In this document: one piece after another, positions 27,632 to 37,543 of the stretch
Position numbering within the stretch: position 1 is the stretch's first letter
How the letters are laid out: every line of letters begins with the position of its first letter
From: Candidatus Saganbacteria bacterium
GTDB taxonomy: Bacteria; Margulisbacteria; WOR-1; XYC2-FULL-46-14; WPAF01
DNA length: 64,000 bases
Reading direction: 5' to 3'
Assembly: GCA_009772965.1 (NCBI GenBank)
Contig: WPAF01000001.1
Coordinates: forward strand, 78,639-142,638
Program-made: the position numbers and the translations under genes
Notes under the pieces: model-generated
The model's database searches: none
What the model was told of the DNA's origin: nothing
Seen by the model: only the letters and a program-made list of their open reading frames with translations

Positions 27632-28725
27632 TTACGTTTCCCTATAATTTTCCCAGGGACTCCTTCCACAACAGAATTATCCGGAATATCTCTTGTCACA
27701 CTACTTCCGACACCGATAATTACCTTGCTGCCAATTTTAACTTTCGTTGAAATACAGGCACCAATACCAACAATAGTTTGATTCCTAATTTCAATATTAC
27801 TGCCCAGAGAAACTCCCGGAGCCAAGTGACAGCCTTCTTCGATTATGTTGTCGTGCGCTATCATTACTCCGTTATCAATAATACAGCAGTCTCCGATAAT
27901 AGTGTTTGTCTCAATAATTGCCCCCGCTTTAATAAAAACCCCCTCGCCCAAAGTTACCGAAGGCGCAATAAAAGCTTTAGGATGTACAACATTAATATAC
28001 TTTAATCCAAAATTTTTCAGTTTTCCCCTTAGATTTAATCTGAATTCTGAATTTGCGATCTCTGAAGCTACTCCGACAACTCCATTCTTCTTTATTTCTT
28101 CTAACCGATCGCCACTTAAACATTGAATCCCTTCCACCTCAGAACCAATGTTGGGGTTGTCATCAATAAAATAGCCCACTTCGTATCCCCCCATTAGTTC
28201 TACGCATTCCTTAATCGTTAATCCCCCACGACCTGCGCCATAAATTGCAATGCGTTGCTTGTGATTAGTTTTCTTCTTCTCAATAAAAGCTTTTATGTCT
28301 TTCTCTCTTATAATTCCGATTTTTTCTACGCTAGAAATATTTATTCCCAATGAATCAGCCAAAGCCCTTGCTTTATTTGTTATCTTTTTTTTCGCAACAA
28401 AAACATTTTTTGTTGTGTCTGCAACCTTTTCATTGTTCTCTTGAACAGAAACAGGGATTTCATAATCGCAAGAATCGGAGATATAACCAATGGTATCTCT
28501 GATTCTAATTTGCTCTCCAGCCATGGCCTTCATAAAAATAAACCCAGATTCTTCTGCTGTTAATTCTGTTGCGACTTTAGTTGTTTCAATAATACATATT
28601 GGGTCACCTTTACTCACTTTTGCTCTGTCGCTAACAAGCCATTCAACAAGCATAGCAAAATCATCATTAACCCCCAGTTGAGGAATTTTAATTTCGTAAA
28701 CAGCATGCATTATATTACCTTCCAA
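27628..28725 (-). CDS. Fusion protein: N-terminal lipoyl (biotinyl/lipoyl hybrid) domain + PglD/NeuD-family left-handed beta-helix sugar N-acyltransferase
   Basis: 365 aa. Residues about 10-85: IKIPQLGVNDDFAMLVEWLVSDRAKVSKGDPICIIETTKVATEL...GEQIRI has a lipoyl-domain layout with candidate lipoyl-Lys in ETTKV. The remainder, IAIYGAGRGGLTIKE...hexapeptide repeats...VPGKIIG, is NeuD/PglD-like. Confidence 0.7.
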   Translation of the reverse strand: MEGNIMHAVYEIKIPQLGVNDDFAMLVEWLVSDRAKVSKGDPICIIETTKVATELTAEESGFIFMKAMAGEQIRIRDTIGYISDSCDYEIPVSVQENNEKVADTTKNVFVAKKKITNKARALADSLGINISSVEKIGIIREKDIKAFIEKKKTNHKQRIAIYGAGRGGLTIKECVELMGGYEVGYFIDDNPNIGSEVEGIQCLSGDRLEEIKKNGVVGVASEIANSEFRLNLRGKLKNFGLKYINVVHPKAFIAPSVTLGEGVFIKAGAIIETNTIIGDCCIIDNGVMIAHDNIIEEGCHLAPGVSLGSNIEIRNQTIVGIGACISTKVKIGSKVIIGVGSSVTRDIPDNSVVEGVPGKIIGKRK

Positions 28726-28746
28726 TTTATCTGCTCCTCATAATTA

Positions 28747-29757
28747 TTAGTTGCATGTTGTTTTGTCGAATTTTTCTAAGATTTGAGTAGCAACTCTGCT
28801 GCTTCCTATTCCATCTACATATTTTTTCCCAATCTCACTTGCTTCTTTTCTTATTTGCTGACTCCTCAATTCATCAAAACAATTTTTTACATTTTCAAGA
28901 AAGCGGGAGTCGTTATACCACCCTGCATATTTCATAAAACCAACTTCAGACCATCCCTTAAGATTCATCTCTTGATTATCAGCCACACAAATGCCAATTG
29001 CTGGCGTGCCAGTAACTGCCAGCTCAAAAGTGGTTTGTCCGCCCGCAGAAATTGCAATGTCACAGCTAAGCATTAAATCCCGCATTGCTTCGGCGCCAGG
29101 CTTAAAAATAAATCTTACCTTTTTGTTATTTTTATATTCATCCATATAATCAGTATTTATAAAACCCCAACCAATAACTACATTTAAGGTACAATCAAAA
29201 TTATTTAAAAGTAGTTCCATTATACGTGGGGTCGAGTTATTTGCATCATCCCCCCCAAAAGTTATAAGGACATTATTTATGTCTTTTTTTATAATTCGAT
29301 CATATGGCTTACAAAATTCTCTTCTTAAAAACGCATATTCAGAACCCAAAAGATAGATTATGTCCTCTTTTTCGGGATAACTAAACTTTCTAGCACAAAC
29401 CGATCCGTTGAGCACAATGCCAGACGGATAGTTAATTCGGTTAAAATCATCCAAACATACTAAAAGCTTAACCATTTTAGAAAGCCCTATATATTCCTCT
29501 GCTTTCATCTTATATGAATCTATTACTAACACATCTATCCCTTTTACCAGTTCGCTGGTACGCTCATAAGCATTTTGCCAATCAAAAGTAAAATGTTTAA
29601 TTACATTCTTAAACTGCCCCAAGACACTTTCATCAGAATTAACAATAAAAAATGGTTTTGCCCCTCTTTTTTCAAGCTCATAATACAAAGAAAGACAACG
29701 CATAATATGCCCAAAACCAATACCCTTTCCACCCTCAGTGCGGATTGCAATCTTCAT
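28747..29757 (-). CDS. pseG: PseG-like UDP-sugar hydrolase (UDP-2,4-diacetamido-2,4,6-trideoxy-hexose hydrolase family)
   Basis: 336 aa; N-terminal RTEGGKGIGFGHIMRCLSL matches the PseG signature (..GxGHxMRCLxLA). Confidence 0.7.
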   Translation of the reverse strand: MKIAIRTEGGKGIGFGHIMRCLSLYYELEKRGAKPFFIVNSDESVLGQFKNVIKHFTFDWQNAYERTSELVKGIDVLVIDSYKMKAEEYIGLSKMVKLLVCLDDFNRINYPSGIVLNGSVCARKFSYPEKEDIIYLLGSEYAFLRREFCKPYDRIIKKDINNVLITFGGDDANNSTPRIMELLLNNFDCTLNVVIGWGFINTDYMDEYKNNKKVRFIFKPGAEAMRDLMLSCDIAISAGGQTTFELAVTGTPAIGICVADNQEMNLKGWSEVGFMKYAGWYNDSRFLENVKNCFDELRSQQIRKEASEIGKKYVDGIGSSRVATQILEKFDKTTCN

Positions 29758-30482
29758 TTTTGTGCCTCCGGAATCAGTTTTCTATTTAAAACATATTCTA
29801 ATAAATAGAAATCTTCTTCATGATCAACTTCTAATATATAAGGGAAATCATGGATAAACGGCATTATTCTTCCCATGTAAAAATGCCCGTCTATTTGAGG
29901 TATGGATTCATCCATCAAGACTTTTGTTTTAATCGCCTGCACTGATCCATCATGCATATACGTCTTTGGCATTTCCTGCGTTCTAAAACGCAATACCATG
30001 GGTTTTTCTCTGAATTCTAAGAGATCTCCTCGAATAATTTTCATTGATTCCGGATGTTGATCTGCTTCGAAAACAGTAGACACGGTATCTGTTTTTTCAA
30101 AATTATCGATCAATTTTTTAATGACCCGATCAACCAATCCCTTTTCCCTAAAAGGAACATTGGGCTGCAACCAAACCACGATATCGGGAAGCCAACCTTC
30201 TGATCTTTCAATTTCTTTAACCGCATGCCTTAGAGCAAAATAAATGGGGGCTTCATCAGTGGCATACTCAATCGGGCGCATAATACACTTAACCCCTTCT
30301 TTTAGAGCTATCACAGCAATTTTTTCATCATCGGTAGAGACTACGCTTATAGCAACACTTTGTGCTTCTTGCGCATCCCTTATTGTATAAGCAATCAATG
30401 GGATGCCATTCAAAAGTCGAATATTCTTATTTTTTACGCGTTTACTTCCGCCCCGTGCAGGAATAACACATAAAGTTTTCAT
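29754..30482 (-). CDS. CMP-nonulosonic acid synthetase (acylneuraminate cytidylyltransferase family, PseF/NeuA-like)
   Basis: 242 aa; CVIPARGGSKRVKNKNIRLLNGIPLIAYTI. Confidence 0.8.
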   Translation of the reverse strand: MKTLCVIPARGGSKRVKNKNIRLLNGIPLIAYTIRDAQEAQSVAISVVSTDDEKIAVIALKEGVKCIMRPIEYATDEAPIYFALRHAVKEIERSEGWLPDIVVWLQPNVPFREKGLVDRVIKKLIDNFEKTDTVSTVFEADQHPESMKIIRGDLLEFREKPMVLRFRTQEMPKTYMHDGSVQAIKTKVLMDESIPQIDGHFYMGRIMPFIHDFPYILEVDHEEDFYLLEYVLNRKLIPEAQK

Positions 30483-31852
30483 GCAATTTTCTCCATTTTT
30501 GTATGTCTTTTTGTATTCCAGGCCTTTAATTCTTTTATCATATCTTCTCTAATTTCAAACAACTCCTCATTTGACCAATGGGTAAAATTGACCAATATTT
30601 GCTCTCCCTGCTCCCACAATTTACAAATATACTCAAATTCATTTTGGATCAGCCCTTTTTTTAACGCATAATCATATAATTCCGTCCCTGGGTAGGCTGT
30701 TGCAAAGAATATGGCTTCAGGGATAAAATCAATATCTTTACAAAACCCAACTGTCTCTCGGATTGTTTCTTTGGTTTCCCCTGGTAATCCAAGGACAAAT
30801 GTCCCCCCCACCTCGCCAAACACTTCCCGCGTAAGTTTAATGGCATTCTTGGTTTGCTCAACCGTAACATTTTTTTTCATCAGATCAAGCATCTTCTGGC
30901 TGCCGGACTCAATCCCATAACCAACCATATTACAACCCACTTCTTTCAAGTTTTGCAAAACTTCTTTATCTACCAAATTAACCCTGCCCGCAAAACAAAA
31001 TTGAAACCCCGGCTTTTCCTTTCTCATTAAGCCGCAAAAATCATCAATAAACCTTCGGTTGATCATTGATTCATCATCTGCCCAAATAAAATAAGTAACG
31101 CCATAATGCTCATTTAAAAAGCGCATCTCTTTTAAAACATATTCCGGCGAATGATGCCGATACCCTGCTCCCATAAAATCGTGATAGCAAAAAATACACT
31201 TATACGGGCATCCCCGAGTAACATTAATATTTGTTGACTTAGGCACGCCCGATTCAACCTGCTTCCCGTCTGCCCACTTATTCTTATTAATATGTCCAAC
31301 CGGATTGTTAACATAGATATCCATGGGGAATAGGTCATAAGCGGGCAAGGGGATAGCATCTAAATCGGCAATTGGTTTTCTCGCTGGTTTTTTTATAATT
31401 TTGCCGTCTTCACCTTTATAGTAGATCCCGGCCACGTTACCTAAATTGTCATTTTTGCTTATTGCATTTACAATTTCAACAATTGTAATTTCTCCCTCAC
31501 CGATACAAGCAATATCAGCTTGAGTGTTAGCTAAAATAAGTTCCGGAATAGAAGTGGAAACTCCTCCTCCTAAAATAATCTTCGCAGCGGGGCGATATTT
31601 TTTTATGGCTGCCACTAGCCATGTAATATATTTGGCGGTGGTCACAATTCCACCCGTACCTACAATATCATATTGCAGGCTCTGCAATTTATCCTCAACC
31701 TGTTCTTTTGTGTAACGAAAAGCATTGATATCTAATACTCCAACTTCATGTCCCGCTTCCCGCAAAACACTTGCCAGATAAGCCAACCCCAGGGGAACGC
31801 AATTTGGCGCAGCCCATTCCCTAATGGGTGGATTGATCAACAAAACCTTCAT
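30479..31852 (-). CDS. B12-binding domain radical SAM enzyme
   Basis: 457 aa; CPYKCIFC motif; N-terminal B12-binding-like domain (MKVLLINPP...). Confidence 0.75.
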   Translation of the reverse strand: MKVLLINPPIREWAAPNCVPLGLAYLASVLREAGHEVGVLDINAFRYTKEQVEDKLQSLQYDIVGTGGIVTTAKYITWLVAAIKKYRPAAKIILGGGVSTSIPELILANTQADIACIGEGEITIVEIVNAISKNDNLGNVAGIYYKGEDGKIIKKPARKPIADLDAIPLPAYDLFPMDIYVNNPVGHINKNKWADGKQVESGVPKSTNINVTRGCPYKCIFCYHDFMGAGYRHHSPEYVLKEMRFLNEHYGVTYFIWADDESMINRRFIDDFCGLMRKEKPGFQFCFAGRVNLVDKEVLQNLKEVGCNMVGYGIESGSQKMLDLMKKNVTVEQTKNAIKLTREVFGEVGGTFVLGLPGETKETIRETVGFCKDIDFIPEAIFFATAYPGTELYDYALKKGLIQNEFEYICKLWEQGEQILVNFTHWSNEELFEIREDMIKELKAWNTKRHTKMEKIA

Positions 31853-34131
31853 TTTGACCTCTTTAAAACATTAATATTCCGACATTTAAACTTGCGAATC
31901 TCACCATTATTTGAATCAACAACAATAAGCTGGGAGAAACCCATTTGTTTGACTTTCACGCAAAGAACGGCAGGATTTTTATCAGCAGAAGATTGCGGCC
32001 TTTCTCTTGGTTGATAAAATGGATAATACCCCTTTAAGAAATATATTTCATGTGCTTTATCTCCAAATGGAGGCAACCCGTCAATCAGCGCAATTTCCGT
32101 TAGAGCCGGCATTATAAACGGAACATGTCCTCTTTTTTTCGAAGAATACCAACACGACTCAACATTTGAAGCAAATAACAATGTTTTATTCTTTTCATAA
32201 TGCGGTAATTCGCCTAAAACTGAAACAGATTTCATCAATTTATATCTTGCGTTCTTTTTTAATCCGTTGCTAATAGAATCTTTGTTGTATAACGGACGGA
32301 TCAATGCCAATGTTTTTCCTATGTTTTTTTCTCTTCTGAACTGTTTTTCAATATCAGAAAAAGAAATTGGCTGATCACGCTTGTTTATAATCGCGATTCG
32401 ATAATCTATATTCTGCTCCAAAGTGTGATGGAACTTTGCTTTGGCATAAAACACCATGGCAACGACAAAAAATGAAAATATTAAAAACAAAAAAACATCA
32501 ATCATTTTCCTGGAAATACAAATATTCCCTTTAAAGAATTTGATGCTATTTTTATCCGGTAAAAACCTCGGCAAATATGCCAGCAAAAACAACATTGCAA
32601 TTATTCCTTGATAGTCCGCAAAATAGCCTTCTCCTCCAGAATTGATAAACAAAAATACTCCGGGCAAAAAGCCAAACAAAGCTAGAATAACTACCGTTTC
32701 AATGTCAACAAACTCATTTCTTCGCACCGCTTCATAAAACATACCTAGTGTTCTGACTTTTGTTTTATATATTCGCAAACCAATAAAGGTAATGGCAAGA
32801 AAATAATATAATAAAAAATAAACAGGAAGCAGGATGTGCGGAATGATACGAACAATATTACGCATCAAACTAGAATTGATTATTGTTAAAGGCGTATCTC
32901 CAGCCCCGCTATGAACTGAATGAGAGCCAAGGTTAAGAACTAAATATGGGTGAAATGCCACAATATATGAGGCGATTGATAAAATACACATCAAAATAAA
33001 ACTTATTGCAAATATTGGCCTCCTATATAATCTCATACGTAAAAAGAAATACCATCCCAACACCATTATTAAATAACCGATAGAAGCCTTAGCTAAAACG
33101 ATAAAACCCACAATAATTGGGACAATAACCAATAAAAAAAGACTATTGCCCGGAGTAAATCCTTCTTCTTTATTTGTGGACCAAAATCGGGCAAAAAGAG
33201 ATAATAGCAAAAGTGAAATAATGATCGAGAAAGCGTACGATTCACTAATATACCGATCATATCTAATGGCATAGTCAAATAGATTATAAAAACCAAAATT
33301 CAAAACACCGATCTGCATTATTATCAAAAGGATCCAAAATTTTATATCTGTTCCAATATTGAATTTCATATCCGGCAGCACAAGGCGCCTTATTTCAAAA
33401 ACAAACGACAGCATTACATTTATAAAAAGCGGGATAATAATAACCGGAAATCCCAGCTGATAAAATGTTATTGTTTTAATCTTTAACAAGCTGGAAAGAT
33501 GCGCAAAAATCAAATGACTTCCAAAATGATATCCAGTAAAGGGCACACCATTTAATCCGGTAGAAACTATCCCATATGTTTTAAGCATGCCCGCAATAGA
33601 ACTATGATACAGCGTATCTACATGTCCAAATCCGTAAAACACTCCTTCATAAAAGAGCGGATTAAGATACCCAGAACCCCAAACCAATCCCATTAACCAC
33701 AAAGAATATAAAATTATAAGCAATCCTGCTGGAATAAGAACAAGCGGTTTTACTTGCCTTAAACAATCAAATGCGCACCAAGCAAATAATGTCACCCCTA
33801 TTACGACAAATAATAAACTGATATTCATTCCAGTAAACGCTACCAAAATCCCTGCGCTAATGACAAAGAATAAAGCTAAAAGCAAAATCATTGCATCGCA
33901 AACCAACCAGGATTCTTTTTCTTTAATATTAAATCGCTGTTGAATATGCCTAATTCCAGATGGGAGCAAAATGATAAACCAACTGGTAGCCAACACAGTG
34001 AACACAGAAAATAACGATGTATCCCCTGAATTATCAAAACCTATTCTAAAGAAACAAAAAAAGGCCGCTAATACTAAAGCCACAACAGCAGAAAAAAAGG
34101 CGCCTATATTTTTTACCTGTGAATATGCCAT
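31849..34131 (-). CDS. Large polytopic membrane protein with C-terminal soluble domain (candidate GT-C-type glycosyltransferase or polymerase)
   Basis: 760 aa; many hydrophobic helices over the first ~560 residues and a C-terminal ~200-aa non-hydrophobic domain. No family assigned. Confidence 0.5.
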   Translation of the reverse strand: MAYSQVKNIGAFFSAVVALVLAAFFCFFRIGFDNSGDTSLFSVFTVLATSWFIILLPSGIRHIQQRFNIKEKESWLVCDAMILLLALFFVISAGILVAFTGMNISLLFVVIGVTLFAWCAFDCLRQVKPLVLIPAGLLIILYSLWLMGLVWGSGYLNPLFYEGVFYGFGHVDTLYHSSIAGMLKTYGIVSTGLNGVPFTGYHFGSHLIFAHLSSLLKIKTITFYQLGFPVIIIPLFINVMLSFVFEIRRLVLPDMKFNIGTDIKFWILLIIMQIGVLNFGFYNLFDYAIRYDRYISESYAFSIIISLLLLSLFARFWSTNKEEGFTPGNSLFLLVIVPIIVGFIVLAKASIGYLIMVLGWYFFLRMRLYRRPIFAISFILMCILSIASYIVAFHPYLVLNLGSHSVHSGAGDTPLTIINSSLMRNIVRIIPHILLPVYFLLYYFLAITFIGLRIYKTKVRTLGMFYEAVRRNEFVDIETVVILALFGFLPGVFLFINSGGEGYFADYQGIIAMLFLLAYLPRFLPDKNSIKFFKGNICISRKMIDVFLFLIFSFFVVAMVFYAKAKFHHTLEQNIDYRIAIINKRDQPISFSDIEKQFRREKNIGKTLALIRPLYNKDSISNGLKKNARYKLMKSVSVLGELPHYEKNKTLLFASNVESCWYSSKKRGHVPFIMPALTEIALIDGLPPFGDKAHEIYFLKGYYPFYQPRERPQSSADKNPAVLCVKVKQMGFSQLIVVDSNNGEIRKFKCRNINVLKRSK

Positions 34132-34147
34132 TTACATTTCCTTTCCT

Positions 34148-35725
34148 TTATCCGTTATTAACCAAAGTGTTTTTTGCCATGGCTTCCATGCATTTTTCCA
34201 ACTCTATTATACGATCATATCTATTTTTATTTTGAATCCTTATCGTCTGGCCAGCAATTCCTTTCTTGCCAACCACATCTTGCGAACTCTTTGACAAGAA
34301 ATCATAAAAATAATGTTTGAGCGTCCTCACGATCAATTCAACGTACTCCCTCAAAGTATGCTTAAAATAAAATATTTTTCTCCCGTATGTTGTGATCGCA
34401 AAAAAGTAATGAGTAAAAAAGAATAGTTTATTCGATTTCCAATAGATCAAGTGGTTAATGATAAGATTTCTCAAGGCCGGAAATTTCACCGCCACGATCG
34501 CCAGTTGGCAAAGATTGTACTGCGCATTCTTCTCCTTTTCCGGGAAGCAATCGAGCGGGCTGGCATTCCTCATGCCGTAATTGATATCCTCTTTATCCGC
34601 ATAATAAATACCGGCCTGTTTACAATAATCGCCGAGATCCGTTCCCGGATAAGGCATGAAAATAGAAAAATTCGGCATGTCAGGCTGCACCTTGATGGCA
34701 AAATCCACGGAAGCGATGTCCTGATCAAGAGTTGAGAACGGCAGCGCAAGCATTGTGTTCGCATAAACATTTATCTTGTGCTTTTTAAATATTTTGAAAG
34801 CTTCTTCCAGTTTTTCTTTGCTGATCCTGCGGCGCAACATGCGGTTTCGCAACATATCATCCCCTGCTTCGATAGACATACAAATAGAAAAACAGCCAGC
34901 TTTTTTCAAGTAATATGCCATTTCATCGCTTATTGTTTCCGAACGCAATAAACAATAAAAGGGTATTTTAATTTCTTCTGCCCATCGCTTAGCAAATTCC
35001 TTTAACCAATCATCAACTTTATGAACAAAAACATCATCCTGCATTCTTACAAAAGCAACCCTATAATTTTTAACGAGTTCTTTGGTTTCCCTTATTATGG
35101 AATCAACACTTCGCCGGCGGACAATCTTGCCCTTTCCTTTATACAAAGCGTTGAATCTGTTATTGAAACAATAAGGGCAAGGATACGGGCATCCCCTGCT
35201 TGCCCAGATACCTTTGATGCCGAATTTCGCCATTTCAGGGTACTGATAAACGAGATCCCTGTCCATAAATGGAAGAGCATCAAGGTCTTCGATAAAATCC
35301 ATCAACTCCAGCTTTGAATCGCTGGAAACCATGATGTTCGGTATGCCTTCCAAGCTCTTGCCCTTTTCCAGATTATTTACCACTTCAAGGATCGCTTTAT
35401 CTCCCTCCCCGACACAAATCGCATCAATATTGGGATCATCGATACAACTTCTATCAAGGGTAGCGTGCGGCCCGCCAAGCAGAGTAAAAACCTTTTTCCT
35501 CATCCTCAAATTGTCATTAAACTTCTTCATATCAGCCATATCAACCGACATCATGCTGTACGCGATCATATCAGGCTTCCATGAATCTATTTTCGCCTCG
35601 ACGTTTTCCTGCTGGAGGACGCCCAACGTCGTCTGATGCCCTTTTTGTTTGACGATTGCGGAAAGCATCATCGGCCCGAACGGCTCATTCACGCCCAGAT
35701 CATTGATAATAAACATTATTTTCAT
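34148..35725 (-). CDS. B12-binding domain radical SAM enzyme
   Basis: 525 aa; RGCPYPCPYCFN motif; N-terminal B12-binding-like domain. Confidence 0.75.
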   Translation of the reverse strand: MKIMFIINDLGVNEPFGPMMLSAIVKQKGHQTTLGVLQQENVEAKIDSWKPDMIAYSMMSVDMADMKKFNDNLRMRKKVFTLLGGPHATLDRSCIDDPNIDAICVGEGDKAILEVVNNLEKGKSLEGIPNIMVSSDSKLELMDFIEDLDALPFMDRDLVYQYPEMAKFGIKGIWASRGCPYPCPYCFNNRFNALYKGKGKIVRRRSVDSIIRETKELVKNYRVAFVRMQDDVFVHKVDDWLKEFAKRWAEEIKIPFYCLLRSETISDEMAYYLKKAGCFSICMSIEAGDDMLRNRMLRRRISKEKLEEAFKIFKKHKINVYANTMLALPFSTLDQDIASVDFAIKVQPDMPNFSIFMPYPGTDLGDYCKQAGIYYADKEDINYGMRNASPLDCFPEKEKNAQYNLCQLAIVAVKFPALRNLIINHLIYWKSNKLFFFTHYFFAITTYGRKIFYFKHTLREYVELIVRTLKHYFYDFLSKSSQDVVGKKGIAGQTIRIQNKNRYDRIIELEKCMEAMAKNTLVNNG

Positions 35726-35731
35726 CAGTTG

Positions 35732-36379
35732 TTATTCCACTCGCTTCTTTCCTGCTTTAATGACCAGGCAGGTGTACGGCACATAATACATGTTATTTAA
35801 TACATACTCTTCGGTGATGGAATAATCTCGGCCGACTAATCCCTCATATTCACTCTTTGTCCTGACGTTTTGCCCGCGGTCTTTAGACATGATGTATCTG
35901 GCCAGCCACGACTGATTTTCTATTTTAATTATGTCAATCGTCGACAGATAGCCGTCGTCTTTTAAGCATGCAAAAGCAATTTTAAAAACTCTTTTTGCGT
36001 CATCATTATTGAGATGATGGACGATATCATTGATCATCACAATATCAAAGGCACTCCCTCCTTTTACTTTCAACGAAGCAGCATCCTGGCAATAAAATTG
36101 CCCTCTTCCTCGAAATTTTTTCGAAGCGTAATCAATATATTCAGGTTGAAGATCGTAACCGTGATAATCAATACCTTCCGGCAAGTGTTCAAGAATATCC
36201 GCTGTGCCGCAACCGATATCCAGGATTCTCATTCCGCTGCGAGGATTCATGATAGAAACATAGCGCGCTTTGCAACGACTTAAACCTAGAAGTTTTTGAA
36301 ATTTATCAAAAATAAATGGATTAGAAAGGATTGATCGAAATCCCCTTCGTACATGCGCATCTTCTTTTTTTAATCCCAA
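35732..36379 (-). CDS. Class I SAM-dependent methyltransferase
   Basis: 215 aa; MRILDIGCGTADILEHL motif I. Confidence 0.75.
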   Translation of the reverse strand: MGLKKEDAHVRRGFRSILSNPFIFDKFQKLLGLSRCKARYVSIMNPRSGMRILDIGCGTADILEHLPEGIDYHGYDLQPEYIDYASKKFRGRGQFYCQDAASLKVKGGSAFDIVMINDIVHHLNNDDAKRVFKIAFACLKDDGYLSTIDIIKIENQSWLARYIMSKDRGQNVRTKSEYEGLVGRDYSITEEYVLNNMYYVPYTCLVIKAGKKRVE

Positions 36380-36400
36380 CTTAACACCCCCAATAAAACA

Positions 36401-37543
36401 TTATGCTTTTAAAGTCACGAATTCTTTTATCTTTTCGGCAATATATCGTATTCCATCATCTTCAATTTCCGGGTAGAGGGGCAAAGAAAGTATCGTTTCG
36501 GCGCTTCCCTCGGTTATCGAAAATTCATCGCATTTATAACCAAGATCCTGATAGCTTTCTTGCAGATGCACAGGAACAGGATAATGTATCAGAGTTTCAA
36601 TGCCATTATTCATCAGAAAATTTTGCAATTCATTCCTCTTTTTATGTCTAATGACAAACAAGTGATATACATGCTTTGCATAAGACATCTCGATCGGCAT
36701 GATAACATCCGGGAATTCATTTAGAAGCTTAAAATATAATCCTGCCTTTTCAGTTCTGATCCGATTCCAGGCATTAAGATGTTTGAGCTTTATTCTCAAT
36801 ATTGCCGCCTGCATCTCATCTAAGCGGCTGTTAAATCCTTTTATTTTATGGTGATAGCGTTTCTCCTGACCATAGTTTCTTAACATCCGAAGTCTGTTCG
36901 CTAGTTCCTTGTTGTTAGTAACCACCATCCCTCCGTCACCAAAAGCTCCCAGGTTTTTACTCGGATAAAAGCTGAAGCAAGCTAGGTCGCCAAGAGAACC
37001 CGCCCTTTGACCTTTGTATAAAGCACCATGGGCTTGGCAAGCATCTTCAATCACGGTCAACTTGTATTTTCGAGCAACATTAATAATCGGGTTCATATCG
37101 GCACACTGGCCGTACAAATGGACTGGTATTATCGCTTTTGTTTTGTTGGTAATCACCGCCTCAACCTTACCCGGATCCATGGTGTAAGTGTCAGGATCAA
37201 TATCAACCAGCACTGGAACCGCTCCGGCAAAAGAGATGGCGGAAATTGTCGGAATTGCGGTGTTGGGAACGGTAATTACTTCATCTCCTGTTTTTACCCC
37301 TGCCGCTACCAAAGCAAGATGTAATGCCTCGGTCCCGGAACCGACTCCAACTCCATAACTAACACCGCAATAACGGGAAAATTCATCTTCAAACGCTTCC
37401 CCTTCCTCACCCAAAATGTACCAACCGGCGCTGAGAACACGCCAAATAGCATCATCAATCTCATTTTTAACCTGCTGATAATGCATTTTTAAATTGCCAA
37501 AGGGTATCTTCATTAGCTTATTTCCAATAATATTGCGTCCCAT
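36401..37543 (-). CDS. DegT/DnrJ/EryC1/StrS-family PLP-dependent sugar aminotransferase
   Basis: 380 aa; GDEVITVPNTAIPTISAI and the overall DegT pattern. Confidence 0.8.
   Translation of the reverse strand: MGRNIIGNKLMKIPFGNLKMHYQQVKNEIDDAIWRVLSAGWYILGEEGEAFEDEFSRYCGVSYGVGVGSGTEALHLALVAAGVKTGDEVITVPNTAIPTISAISFAGAVPVLVDIDPDTYTMDPGKVEAVITNKTKAIIPVHLYGQCADMNPIINVARKYKLTVIEDACQAHGALYKGQRAGSLGDLACFSFYPSKNLGAFGDGGMVVTNNKELANRLRMLRNYGQEKRYHHKIKGFNSRLDEMQAAILRIKLKHLNAWNRIRTEKAGLYFKLLNEFPDVIMPIEMSYAKHVYHLFVIRHKKRNELQNFLMNNGIETLIHYPVPVHLQESYQDLGYKCDEFSITEGSAETILSLPLYPEIEDDGIRYIAEKIKEFVTLKA

Noticed and set aside
27628-27900. N-terminal domain of the NeuD fusion as a biotin carboxyl carrier domain
   Set aside because: The lysine context ETTKV is closer to lipoyl (E-S/T-D-K-A/V) than to biotinyl (E-A-M-K-M). 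The adjacent ligase has the LplA/LipB-type GGGAV motif rather than BirA-type motifs. Nonetheless this cannot be fully excluded without HMM scoring.
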